From the NCBI RefSeq assembly GCF_009914755.1, contig NC_060941.1: a stretch of DNA of 64,000 nucleotides, one strand, 5' to 3'. Positions 47,455 to 64,000 of this stretch are shown here, piece after piece. The translations under genes and the position numbers were made by a program. The notes beneath the pieces are model-generated. The model saw only the letters and a program-made list of their open reading frames with translations, was not told the origin of the DNA and made no database searches. Source of the DNA: the human T2T-CHM13v2.0 reference genome, Homo sapiens. Within the stretch, counting starts at the first letter, position 1. Every line of letters begins with the position of its first letter.

Positions 47455-49956
47455 TAAGGATTTTTTCATGGGTTTCTTGTGTAAAATAAGAAACATGCTC
47501 TCCTGGGCATGGAGAACTCTACCAGTTTCAATGACTAACTTAGATTTATTTTTAAAAATCTCAAGGAAACACCTTCTGAATTCTGTTCAGTGGAATAACT
47601 CTAAGATTTCTTGATGAATATATTCAGACTTCTAGTCTTGATCCATTAGGGAATTGTGAATTCAGTTTAGTGGGATATAACAAGCATTTGTAAAACAAAA
47701 TGGAAATGAATAGAAAGTATCTGAGCAAACTTAAAAAGGTTAAGTATGGTTTTGAGAAATATTTTAATGTAGCTTTTTATATGTATTTTGTGTATGCTGA
47801 TTTATGATGTGAAATGTAGTTTTGCTGTGAGAAACCACCAAAATTTTTGAAAAGCATGTTCCTGAACTATAAAAAAATGCTTTAAAATATTTTTATTCCT
47901 TCACACTTCACAGTGGAGCTAAAATAGGGACTAGACTAATTTGTATCCTTTAAAATTTATTTCATTTAATTGCTGGGAAAATATTCAGATCTATCTTGAA
48001 CTTCTATGTGACCTCTACTGCTAATGACAAATTAATCACAGAACATTAGAGGAGAAAGGAACCTTAGGAATCTTCTATCACTCAGCACTTTCCTTTTCCG
48101 TTTAAGCAAACTGAAGCCCTGGGATGGTAAATATCTTGATCATTAGCTCTTACATGCCTCGTATAAATCTTCCATGCCATTAAAAAGCAAAACACCTGAA
48201 ATATAGAAAATAAATTGTTTTCTGCCATTTCAGTAAATTTAAGTGAAGCAAAAGACTCACAGGTTAGAGTTTAAAGAGATGTTTTGAAACGTGACTCAGT
48301 AAGGTTGAATGTAGAAGGGAGGGCAAAGACATACTTAAAAAATACAAATAAAAGGAAGGTGGGTTTTGATACTAATAAGAGAAATATTTGAATTCAAGTA
48401 TAGAAAGATGAAAATTATAGGATGTAGGAAAAATACCCAATATATTATTGCTAGAATAATATGATTGTCCTATGACACATCAAGTTGATCAGAAGGGTAT
48501 AGAAGTGTTAAACAACGTTATTGAATGGGTAGATCCTGCAGACATATTTAACCCTGAACTGTCCTTTGTGCTGTCACAAACTTGATTACATATTATTTGG
48601 TCAAAAAATAATGTGAACACATACTAAAAAGTACAGAGAAGATTTTTAGACCACAGCTTCCTTGTATTTCAATTACATAAATATACTAGAAGTCAAAAAA
48701 CAACAACACAAAACTCTTTCTCTTATTTACTTTCCTCTTTAATTTAAAATGTTTGCTCCATTTTAAAGAGGAAATCAAAACTGTAATTGTATATCATCTG
48801 AAAATTAATCGCAAAATATGGTTGCTCAGTTGCTTAGGTACTTTATTTAAAGGTTTCAGGTCCCCCACAGATAAATGTAGTCATCTATATCTGAATTGCT
48901 CCTCATTCTCCAGAAACCGTACGTATCAATAAATGGCACATATAAAATCACCTGTAGCCCATGCTTAATTCATAACTGCACAAGAGTGAATACTACAACT
49001 AGAAATTTTAAATTTGAGGAAGGTAGAGCTTATTCGGGAGCCCTAGCAAGAGGTGATATGACAAGAGTGTATGATATGGCAGAAAGGAGACTATGGTGGG
49101 AATTTATTGGTGCAGAAGGGACATAAGTAAACTATGGTTCACTCCCAGAAGCATAGGCTCTGTTGGAGACCTAGTAGTTTAAAGCACTAAGGGATCAAAA
49201 GGGTCTCGGGAAGTGTGCAGGAACAGATGTATCCTTGAAAATTCCTTCTGGCAGTATGGCAGGCAATGTTAAGGGTAATAAGTCTTCAAATAAATAAATG
49301 TAATAAAGAGAAGATATGATGTAAACCTTACTGAAACAAGGTAGCAACACTGACTCAGAACACTTATCGCTCCTCCATTGTAACCCCCCAATAAAACAGT
49401 AATTTATAAAGTCTGATGCTAATGAAAATATAGATAAGTGTACCAATGCAACAAAGTAGAATCTCAGATTAGACACACACAACCTCTATAGACATGTGAC
49501 TTATAAAGGTTCCGCTGCAGGTAAGTTTTTTCAATAAATATTGCTCCAGCACTCAGATATTGATACAGAAAAAACTCAAGTCTTGACTCCTACAACAAAA
49601 AACGATGCCATGTGAATTCTAACTCTAACCATGAAAGATAATACCATTTATTTGTAGGAACATTTTCAATTACAAATTCAATTTATTTTATATTTACAAG
49701 TCTATTAAGACTTTAAAGTTCTTTCTAGCACAAGTTTTGATAATTTGCCTTGATAATTTGTCATTTATTAGTTTTGATAATTTATCAATAGTTTTGACAA
49801 TGGTCTTCCCAGTCATTTGTCCATTAAGTCTTCTAATTTATTGGAATTTAGTTGTTTGTAATATTCCTACGTTGCTAATTTAATGACTGTAGGTTATCTG
49901 GTGATGTAGGTAATTTATGAATTCTATTTCCTTTTCTTTTTTGGGAGTTGGGAGGA

Positions 49957-50224
49957 CTGGATCTCACTCTGTCACCCAGACTGGAGTGCAGTGGCACCAT
50001 CACGGCTCACTGCATCCTTAAACTCCCAAGCTGAAGCAATCCTCTTGACTCAGCCTCCCTGTAGCTGGAACTGCAGGCATGTGCCACCACGCCTGGCTAA
50101 TTTTTTTTAACATTTTTTTTGTAGAGACAAGGTCCCACTGTGTTGTCCAGGCTGGTCTAGAACTCCTGGTTCAAGTGGTCCTCCTGCCTTGGGCTGGGAT
50201 TAGAGGCATGAGCCACTGTGCCCA
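49957..50224 (-). mobile_element. AluJ
   Basis: Antisense dimer with small deletion. Confidence 0.9.
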
Positions 50225-51014
50225 ATCTCTCTATTTTCTTGATCAGTCTACCTAGAGATTTGGTTTTATTTCCAGCTGTAGGTTTATTTATAGGGAAGTA
50301 GCGTGGGGTATGTGTTGATTATCAAGTTCAGCAGTTTATTTTCTAGTTTGCCAGGGTTTTTTTTGGTTTGTTTTTGTTTTTTTTTTTTTTGCATAACCAG
50401 GCATTGTATTTAGTGAAGTCAATATGAGGACGATCATGTTTTTCCTTTTCAATTTGTTAAATTGGATGATTTCCCAGTGTTAAACCATTCTTACACCCTG
50501 GGTTTCACCCTAGGGGTAATTATCTATAATCCTTTTTATATATTCCTGGATTTAATTTTTGCAGCTATGTTCATGAGGGAGATTCATGTATATTTTCTTT
50601 TTCTTATTATGCCTTGTCTGTTTTTTTGTTTCATTCATTAGACCCTTAGGAAGGTATTTCTTTTTTTGGAATTTTCTATGATAATTTGTGTAGGATTGTT
50701 ATTCTATTTTTCTTAAATCTTTTGAGTTTCTGTCATTGGGTTAACATACATTTATGGTTATTATGACCCTTTATGAACCATCCTTTGTTAATAGTGATAT
50801 TCTTGTTCTTAATGTTTATCTGATAATAATATATCCATTTCAGCTCTTTTGTTACTATACGTATGGTATGTATTTTTCCATTTTTCAGTTTTAAGCTAGT
50901 TGTGTGTTTGAATTTGTTGGTGTAGACATAATATGGTATCATTATCCAGTCTGACAGTTTCTAGTTTTAAATATTCTATGTTTATAAAATAAATTATGAG
51001 AAGGAATGAGAATA

Positions 51015-51622
51015 TTATATGCGTGTATGTGTATATAGTGTGTGTATATAATATGTGCATGTGTATGTGTGTATATGTACTTATATGTATATCTGTATGT
51101 ATATGCACACATACACACACCCCATATATATCTGAATGTATATATCTGTATGTATATACACACATACACACACATACCCCATATATATCTGTATGTATAT
51201 ATCTGTATGTATATATACACATACACACACACCCCATATATATCTGTATGTATATATCTGTATGTATATATACACACATACACACCCCATATATATCTGT
51301 ATGTGTATATCTGTATGTATATACACACACCCCCATATATATCTGTATGTATATACACACATGGACACACACCCCATATCTATTTTTATGTATATACACA
51401 CATACACACACACCCCGATATCTATCTGTATGTATATACACACATACACACACATACACCATATATATCTATGTATGTATATACACATATACACACACAT
51501 ACCTCATATATATCTGTATGTATATACACACATACACACACACACCCCATATATATCTGTATGTGTATATCTGTATGTATATATCTGTATGTATATACAC
51601 ACATACACACACACACACCCCA
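51015..51622. repeat. Compound tandem repeat / VNTR with 40-55 bp units [CCCCATATATATCTGTATGTATA(TATCTGTATGTATA)TACACACATACACACACA]
   Basis: About 11 directly visible imperfect units; source of the overlapping low-complexity ORFs on both strands. Confidence 0.95.
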
Positions 51623-52651
51623 TAAGTACTTTCTCTTTGGTTCCATTGACTCTTAATAATGGTGCATTTTTGTGGCTGTGTGTGTGTTTCATTATTTGAT
51701 ATTTTCTGTCAAACGCTGTGTGTAGAGGAATAGTACAGACATTGGTAATTAGATATGGAAATGCCTTTTCTTCTATCAGGGCATTAAAAGGGTATTAAGT
51801 TGATATAACATGTAGGCAAGGTGGTCTGAGGCTTTAGTATAGTAACAGAACAGAAATGGAATTTACAATTGAGTAATTCTAAAATTTGATATTATCACCT
51901 TTATAAGGATATTATCTCTACCTTTTTGTGTATTCAGAGTACACATACACATATATAGCAAATTATCACTTATTAGTAAGAAGCAACCCAGTAAAATATA
52001 TAGAGAAAAGTTTTTAACAGGCCCAGCTAGAAAAAAAAATTGCAAGGATCTAACAGTAGTCACTCATTAGAATTATTCTGCATCAGTAAATGAAATTGTT
52101 GTTTTTAAAGATGAACAAAATTAATAAAGCATGCATATGAAATAATACATTTTCCTTTTTTTATACTCATATTAGCATCTGTTGCTCAGATTTACCAACT
52201 TCCAATTTTGAAAAATAAGCTATTAGTTTGTTAAATATTTAGTAACAATTATAATCTCTATTTGATTTTTTGAAGTAAATATTAAGCTTGGCTATTTATA
52301 TTAATATGCTGCAAGGATAGCACAATATAAAGTGGTGGCTTTGGATGTATTTTAGGAATTTTGCTTTAAAAAAGTGTTTATAACTAAATTATTTTCTAAT
52401 TATCTGTAAATCTTGGGCATTGAGAAAAATACTGCTTTTACAGATTGTTAGTGAATTTTACTATATTGAGTCAATCAGAAATGACTTATATTTATGAGTA
52501 GCAGTTGGGAAATTCATCCGCCATTTAAACTTAAAGTGATGGGTTACATAAATCCATTTTATCTTTAATACCATGACTAAAACATCACTGGAAAAACACT
52601 TTAGTAGATAGCCAACAATTTATTATCTTCTCCATTCTTTTTTTTTCATTT

Positions 52652-52773
52652 CCTTTTGAGACAGGATCTCACTATGTTGCCTAGGCTGGTCTCAATCTCC
52701 TGGGCTCAAGTGATTCTCCTGCCTCAGCCTCTTGAGTAGCTGGGATTACGGGTGTGCAACACTGTGCTGGGCT
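52652..52773 (-). mobile_element. FLAM_A-like monomer
   Basis: Single ~120-bp arm. Confidence 0.85.
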
Positions 52774-52849
52774 TGATCTTATCCATCTTTACTGTAGACT
52801 TATTCGATTCAAAAATAAATGAAAACAAAACTTTACTTTGTGTATTCAT

Positions 52850-53154
<305 letters not shown>

Positions 53155-53351
53155 TAAAAGACAAACATTTTTTGAGGTGGTAGTTTTTTCTTCCATCACT
53201 TTTCTTCTAGTCATCTCTATCTTATTTATATATAGGATTTTGTGGTTTATATTTTTACACATTTTAAGAGGCAGAAGTTTCTAGCCTAAATATTATAGGA
53301 AATGTTTAATTTTAAAATTGTATTAGTAGGCACTTGTTTTCATCTAGATGA

Positions 53352-53561
<210 letters not shown>

Positions 53562-55943
53562 TGACACAATCAGCAAACTAACTGTAATTTTCTCAACAGT
53601 ACTTAATGTTTTCAATTTTGATGATTTTCTTGTGATTCTGTGGCTATTCTCATTGAGTAATATTCTTGTATGATATATATTTTCAACTTTCCAACACATT
53701 TTCTTTATATTACTAAGCAAGCTTTGTTGTGGGTTACCTCACTTTCTCCTTACATACTATCCTTGAGTTTGTGATTTAGTTTCATATAGCTGTTTCATAC
53801 TTTCAAAGCAGTTGTTAAATTGCTTAACATACCGTACTTTTATACATTATACCTTTACATATGAGCAAAATTTGTTTCTACTAACATTAGTATCTGTCAT
53901 TTAACCAAAAGGTGAAAAAAATATATTTTTCGAATAAGGACTTATATTTTAAAAGAGTGTTCAAAAATCTTCAATACTGTTAAATAAACTTATGTACTTA
54001 TAAAGCTGTAAGCACAATTTCCTTTAAAACTTTTGTTTGTTTTTGTAAATTGATAATATTTGCAGCTTTTCTGTGGGAGTATTTGGCAGCTTGAGATTTT
54101 CTAATAGGAGAATTTGTGGTAAGTCCTCATTTGGGTCAACTTACAGATTTTCTGTATGATGGAAAAAAATGTAAACACATAAAGCCTTGGAAAATATATT
54201 GGCAGAATCAGTATAGAAGTTGGCACATTTTCAAAGAAAGCAATTTAGCAGTTTCGTATTACCAATTTTACTATAATTTCTCAATTTAAACCATATATGA
54301 CAGAGAAAAGAGTGAAAAAACCTTTTACTTAGAAGAGAGAATAGTGTATGTATTCTTAGTTTTTATTGCTATTTGAAATTGAAAGTTCTTGCAGAAAAAA
54401 TGTGTTTTTAGTCATCTTAAAATGGTTAAATGTATCTTAAATATACAAATGTCTTCAATTTTCAATAATTTGGCCTATTATGTAAACATGTAATAATATA
54501 GTGCTGTGGCAAAAATATTGTATCTTAATTAAATTTCTAGTGCCACAGACATGCCATTTCTTTTCCTGTAAAGGCCATAAACAATAACTTTTTATTTTGG
54601 GAAATATATACATATATATAATTAGAGTAGTAGTATGATGAACACCCACGCATTTATTATCTAGTTTCAACAACTATCAAATAATGGACAGTCTTTTTCA
54701 TTTATACCCCTTCCCCAATTATTTTGAAGCATATTGCAGACATTATAGAATTTAATTTGTACATATTTATTATCTACGTCTGAAAGATAAGAACTTTGAA
54801 AAATTACCAAGTGATTATATAATTATCATCCAAACTGCAGTCTTTTGATTTGCACAGTTGCCATACTGGACTTAACTCTGATCAATATATGTAAACTTGT
54901 AAAGTCCTGAGCGAACACAGATATATAGTTATCTTGTCCATTTACTACCAATGAAACTCCCAAGGTTTTTGATACACCAAAACCTTCTTTATGAAAGTTT
55001 AGTGTCCTTGCTAAATCTTTTCTACAACTTAATTTTCATGCTTCTTATGTCCCATTTAATTTGAACCTCTCATTATTCTCATTCTGTTGGAGGTACATTT
55101 TTCCTTTGTCTTCGTGACCAGAATGGCCTTTTCACTAATACCCCTTCTCTTTATGATGTTTTAATCCTATATATCTTTCTGGGCCCAGTGTAGATAGTAA
55201 TTCTTATATGAAATCTTTCTTGACCCCTTTAGCTTACAGAAACTTCTCCTTCTAAATCCCTTAAAGATAACATTTCCCACTGTCTGTTTGTAGAACATTA
55301 GATTTTCAACATACTTTGCAAATCAGGATGCCCTGGTCAAATATGCTTAGGAAATGCTGCCTTCTGTTGAGACTAGCAATGATGATTAGTATTTTGTCTG
55401 TTTAAATTTATTTGATACATTTCTTAATTTCCCATATTTATTTGATAACAGACCTCATTTGTTAACCAACACCGTTTTGGAATGCTTTTGTAGTATGTCA
55501 TCTCTGCCTCTCTTGAGGCACTTACATTCTATCTTGTATACATTTTCTATCTGTTTGCCGCTAGACAGTATTCTCATTGAGAGAAAAGTTACTCAGTTTG
55601 TTTTGGATTGAGGAAATAAAGTTTTACCATGGAAGGCATAATGTGTCTATCATGTCCTTGCCAACATAAAAATATTAATGATTTTTTTTGTTCTCTTAAT
55701 AATAAAACCCAGTTCACTAAAGATGAATACATTTATCAAAATTATGTTCGGTTTCAAAGCACAAGTGGTTCTTTTTCAGAATGTTTAGTTAATGAAAATG
55801 TTTGTGATAACAGTATGTCTGAAAATGTAGTGCTTCTCTGTCAACAGTTATCAGATGAAGAAAATTATTTATATAGGATCAGTACAGATCTTTATAGGTC
55901 TGAGTTGGAAATTAAAAGTAAGTGGTGAATATTTTAAGAAATG

Positions 55944-55990
55944 ATATATATATATATATATACACACACATATATACATATATATGCATA
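55944..55990. repeat. (AT)n(AC)n microsatellite
   Basis: Directly visible. Confidence 0.9.
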
Positions 55991-56725
55991 GATGAATGAA
56001 ATTTCTATCTTACAAGTCACATTGGGGTAAATCCAGAAATTTTGGAAAGGATGAGTTTGTTAGAAAATTATGTCTTCATAGGCGTCACCTCTTGAGTATC
56101 TCTCTCGTATCTGCAGTATCTCTCCTGTCTATCTCTAAAGGATTTCCCCTTTGAAAATGGGATCTTCTGTTCTGCAGACTTTTAGTAAGCACAAAACATA
56201 AGTCAAATTTGATAAAAGTGAACAGGAGACTGAGTTGTTAGCACTCTTTCTTAATGCCTTTCATGCTTTCCTTTTTCTTTAATGTCTTTTTGGGACATCT
56301 TTGCCATGTATTCCTGAATACTTCCACCTGAATTGCTGGACCACTGAATAGATGAAACAAGTTTTGTTAAAGCATTAGTCTCTTTTGTATTCTGTGAATT
56401 CTTCACTACAGGAAGAAGAGATCTAGAGGGATCAACAGTGTTTGTGGTACTGTAGAAGGTACTTTAAAAGTGAAATGCAGCTTTTAGTTAAGTCCTGGTC
56501 AAGTGGCTGGAGGTCCACAGTGATGAATTTTTAGTAATTCCTGACCCACAAAGATTATCACTTATTCTCTCAGAGTAATGTTTGCATACTGGCTGTCATG
56601 GGTTGGGCATTCCTTAAAATCTATTTAGTGTGGATTTCATAAAATCTGAAATGTATGTTACTTAAATGGTTAAAATATTGAAAAAAGTAGTAAATAAAAG
56701 TACATTCTGTCATTTCTGGGAATAA

Positions 56726-57079
<354 letters not shown>

Positions 57080-59039
57080 AGTAATGTCTTTGAGGAAAGA
57101 TGTTCTTAATTTTAATATAGTTGTCAGAAGGTAGGATGGTGCATGTCTTGGGAAGAATAGGGACTGAAAGGGAGTGTAAGAATGTGCTTTGGGGAATCTA
57201 TAATGTCCTTTTTTTGTCTGGTTGTTATTTATGTGTTCAATATGTGTACACTTTGTTGATTTGGGTAATGCTGCATGTATATTATATTTCAACATGCACT
57301 TAATATGAAAAAGTTCAGAAAGCAACAGTAACATATGTTTGTGATTTCTTTCTTCATACTCTGGATACAGTTTGATGTAGCATTTCACCACAGGTCCCCC
57401 TTACCTGTTCATCTACAAATACCCTTACCAATAGTGGTAATGTATTTTATTTCATATTTCTGTGAGGAAGTATGTCATTCTTAGTTACAAATTATTTTTC
57501 TTGAAAACCCTAGGGGTCAAATTTATGCATATGACATATGATTTTAGGTTGGTAAGATTGATGATATTCTGTAAATATTTGAATGAAGGAATTTGGCCGA
57601 TTTTCTTTGAAATTACAGCTTCCTCTAAAGTGATTTATATCAATATTTAGAACAAAATTTACCATGACCAGATTTTTAAAATTAAGGAACAAAGGGTGCC
57701 ACTTCATAAGTAGAAAGAATCTTATTTTCCTCCAGTTTCTCCCCTTCTCCCTGTTCCTTTATACAGACTGAAACTTTTGTCAGGTGAATCCCATGCCTGT
57801 AAGCTGGTTTTGCCTGTTAGACTGAAAGGTATAGGATATAGAGACTGGAGGATAGGATACTGGGATGTAGGGAGCAGGTGGGACAGGGCATACTGAGATA
57901 GCATTTGTGGTAGTTCATTTGCCTGTAGCACATAGTTTTTCTACATTTATTGGTACCTAGTTCTTAAGGTAGGACCATAGCCCATGTTGAATGACAAGAT
58001 CTCCACTTAATGAGGTTGTTGTTTTGATCATGCAAGCAGTTATCTTCTAAAATAGTTTGAAAAGGTTTTGTATAATACCTTTTTAGTGCATTGGTTATAT
58101 GTGAATACAATGAAGGGACTGTAAAATAAGTAGAGACAGCTGTGTCCATCAGAGCAAGCATCATGGGAATTTGTGCCAAAGGGTGGAAGGAACAGGTAAA
58201 GAGAGCTGATAGAGGACTGTTAATGGAACGCATCCAATATGATGAGAAAGGAGACACCTTTGTATTTGGATATAAAGAAAAAGTCGCCTTGAGCAGCTGT
58301 CTGATGTGGAAATCCAAAACCCGTGTATGATTAGGAAAACAAAAGACAAAGACCGATAGATGTCATTAGCAGTCATTTTCAGTGTTCTTAAATTGAAAGG
58401 TAGATATGAAGTCTCCAGAGAGATCAAAGGAGTGTACAGTAAGCAATCTTGTTCCATTGGCCTCTGTTTTTACTTGGAGGAGAAAACTTATTTCTTATAA
58501 TCTTAGTGTTATTTCTTGGTTTTAATGTGTTCTTCATTTATGTTAATGATTAATAACAAATAGAACAAATGGAAATGCAAAGTTTACTTTAAAATGCAAA
58601 ATTATCTTTAAGTTTTGAAAGAGGAGCTCTGCTTTTATGTGAAGAAACAAGTTTGTAATATTTATGAGAATTCATTGATAGGTTAGTGTGAGTTCTAAGT
58701 TCAGCTTACATTAAAAGTTAAACCTATCTTTGTTTTTCTGAGTTCTCCATAAGATGGAAAAGGTTACTATGATGTTTTTAGGGCATGTGCTGGTGCTGGA
58801 ATCATAGTGGACACTCAGTGAATATATATGCAGTGAACTAACTTGTGACTTTTTCATTCTCTGCACACAATTCTCACCCATTGAGTCTTAGAATGGCAGT
58901 ACTCATGAAATTCATTTTAAACTAAAAACTCATAAAACCTTATGAGAGTCCTTAATCAGCTGTATGATGGTTAAACACATCTGTGAAATGGTATTTAATG
59001 TTTTATATGCTTATGTGTTTTTCTGGGGAGGATGTTCAC

Positions 59040-59357
59040 TTTTTTTTTTTTATTGTTGTTGTTGTTTGTGTTTTTTTGAGATGGAGTCTCGCTCTGTCGC
59101 CAGGCTGGAGTGCTGTGGCACAGTCTCGGCTCACTGCAGCCTCCATCTCCCGGCTTCAAGTGATTCTCCTGCCTCAGCCTCTCAAGTAGCTGGGATTACA
59201 GGCGCATGCCACCACACCCAGCTAATTTTTATATTTTTTAGTAGAGACAGGGTTTCACCATGTGGGCCAGGATGGTCTTGATCTCTTGACCTCATGATCC
59301 GTCCTCCTTGGCCTCCGAAAGTCCTGGGATTACAGGCGTGAGCCACCGCGCCTAGCC
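59040..59357 (-). mobile_element. AluSc-like
   Basis: Full dimer; CTCTGTCGCCAGG single-C deletion. Confidence 0.93.
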
Positions 59358-59552
59358 ATATGCCACATTTTATCTGATCGTTAGTTGACAGATATTTAGT
59401 TTGTTTCTACTTTTGGGCTGTTGTAGATAATGCTTGTATGGACACTAGTGCACAAGTTTTTCAGTGGACATATGTTCTCTTGGGTATGAACATTTAGCTA
59501 CAAGTTTTTGTAATTTTGAAATTTGAATTTCCCTGATGGCTAATGACACTGA

Positions 59553-60043
<491 letters not shown>

Positions 60044-60210
60044 TGGTCTTTTCACTTTCTTTATGGTGTCTTTTAAAGCATGTTAAATTTGCATTTGTTT
60101 TGATGAAGTCCAATTTATGTATTTTTCTTTTGTCCTATATAAGAAACCATTGCCCAATCCAAGGTCATGAAAATTTACAGTATTTCATTCTAAGAATTTA
60201 ATTGTTTAAC

Positions 60211-64000
<3,790 letters not shown>

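Noticed and set aside
51100-51622. Repeat-spacer-like periodicity suggesting a CRISPR array
   Set aside because: No unique spacers, no cas genes, primate DNA; it is a microsatellite-derived VNTR.
50896-51699. Cluster of overlapping ORFs up to 209 aa on both strands
   Set aside because: C/V/Y/I/H/T low-complexity translations of the tandem repeat, which lacks stop codons by composition.

Overview
Hominid (most likely human) genomic DNA, AT-rich and repeat-dense. The window lies inside a large + strand gene that I recognise from its translation as BCAS3. Two coding exons are present: 47346-47453 (108 nt) and 53432-53508 (77 nt). They have canonical AG/GT ends and splice in frame to [61 protein letters not shown]. 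The rest is intron: about 40 Alu-family elements (roughly 4:1 antisense to the gene), old L1M/L2/MIR fragments, MaLR/ERV LTRs, MER20, MER58, an internally deleted Tigger1, a twin-primed inverted L1, an L1PA15/16-like fragment, a 0.6-kb compound tandem repeat, an HMGN1 processed pseudogene, and a young antisense L1PA2-like element running off the right edge. Almost all entries in the ORF track are repeat-derived artefacts. I find no evidence of a new multi-gene system. The most interesting signals are: (1) the HMGN1 retrocopy has an 87-nt stop-containing block at what I recall as a parental exon-exon junction, a possible fossil of a poison-exon isoform; (2) the antisense L1PA2 has an intact host-sense polyadenylation signal and an unshifted ORF2 broken by only three nonsense changes; (3) several informative nested or inverted insertions. 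Repeat subfamily names come from remembered consensus sequences, and their boundaries are approximate.
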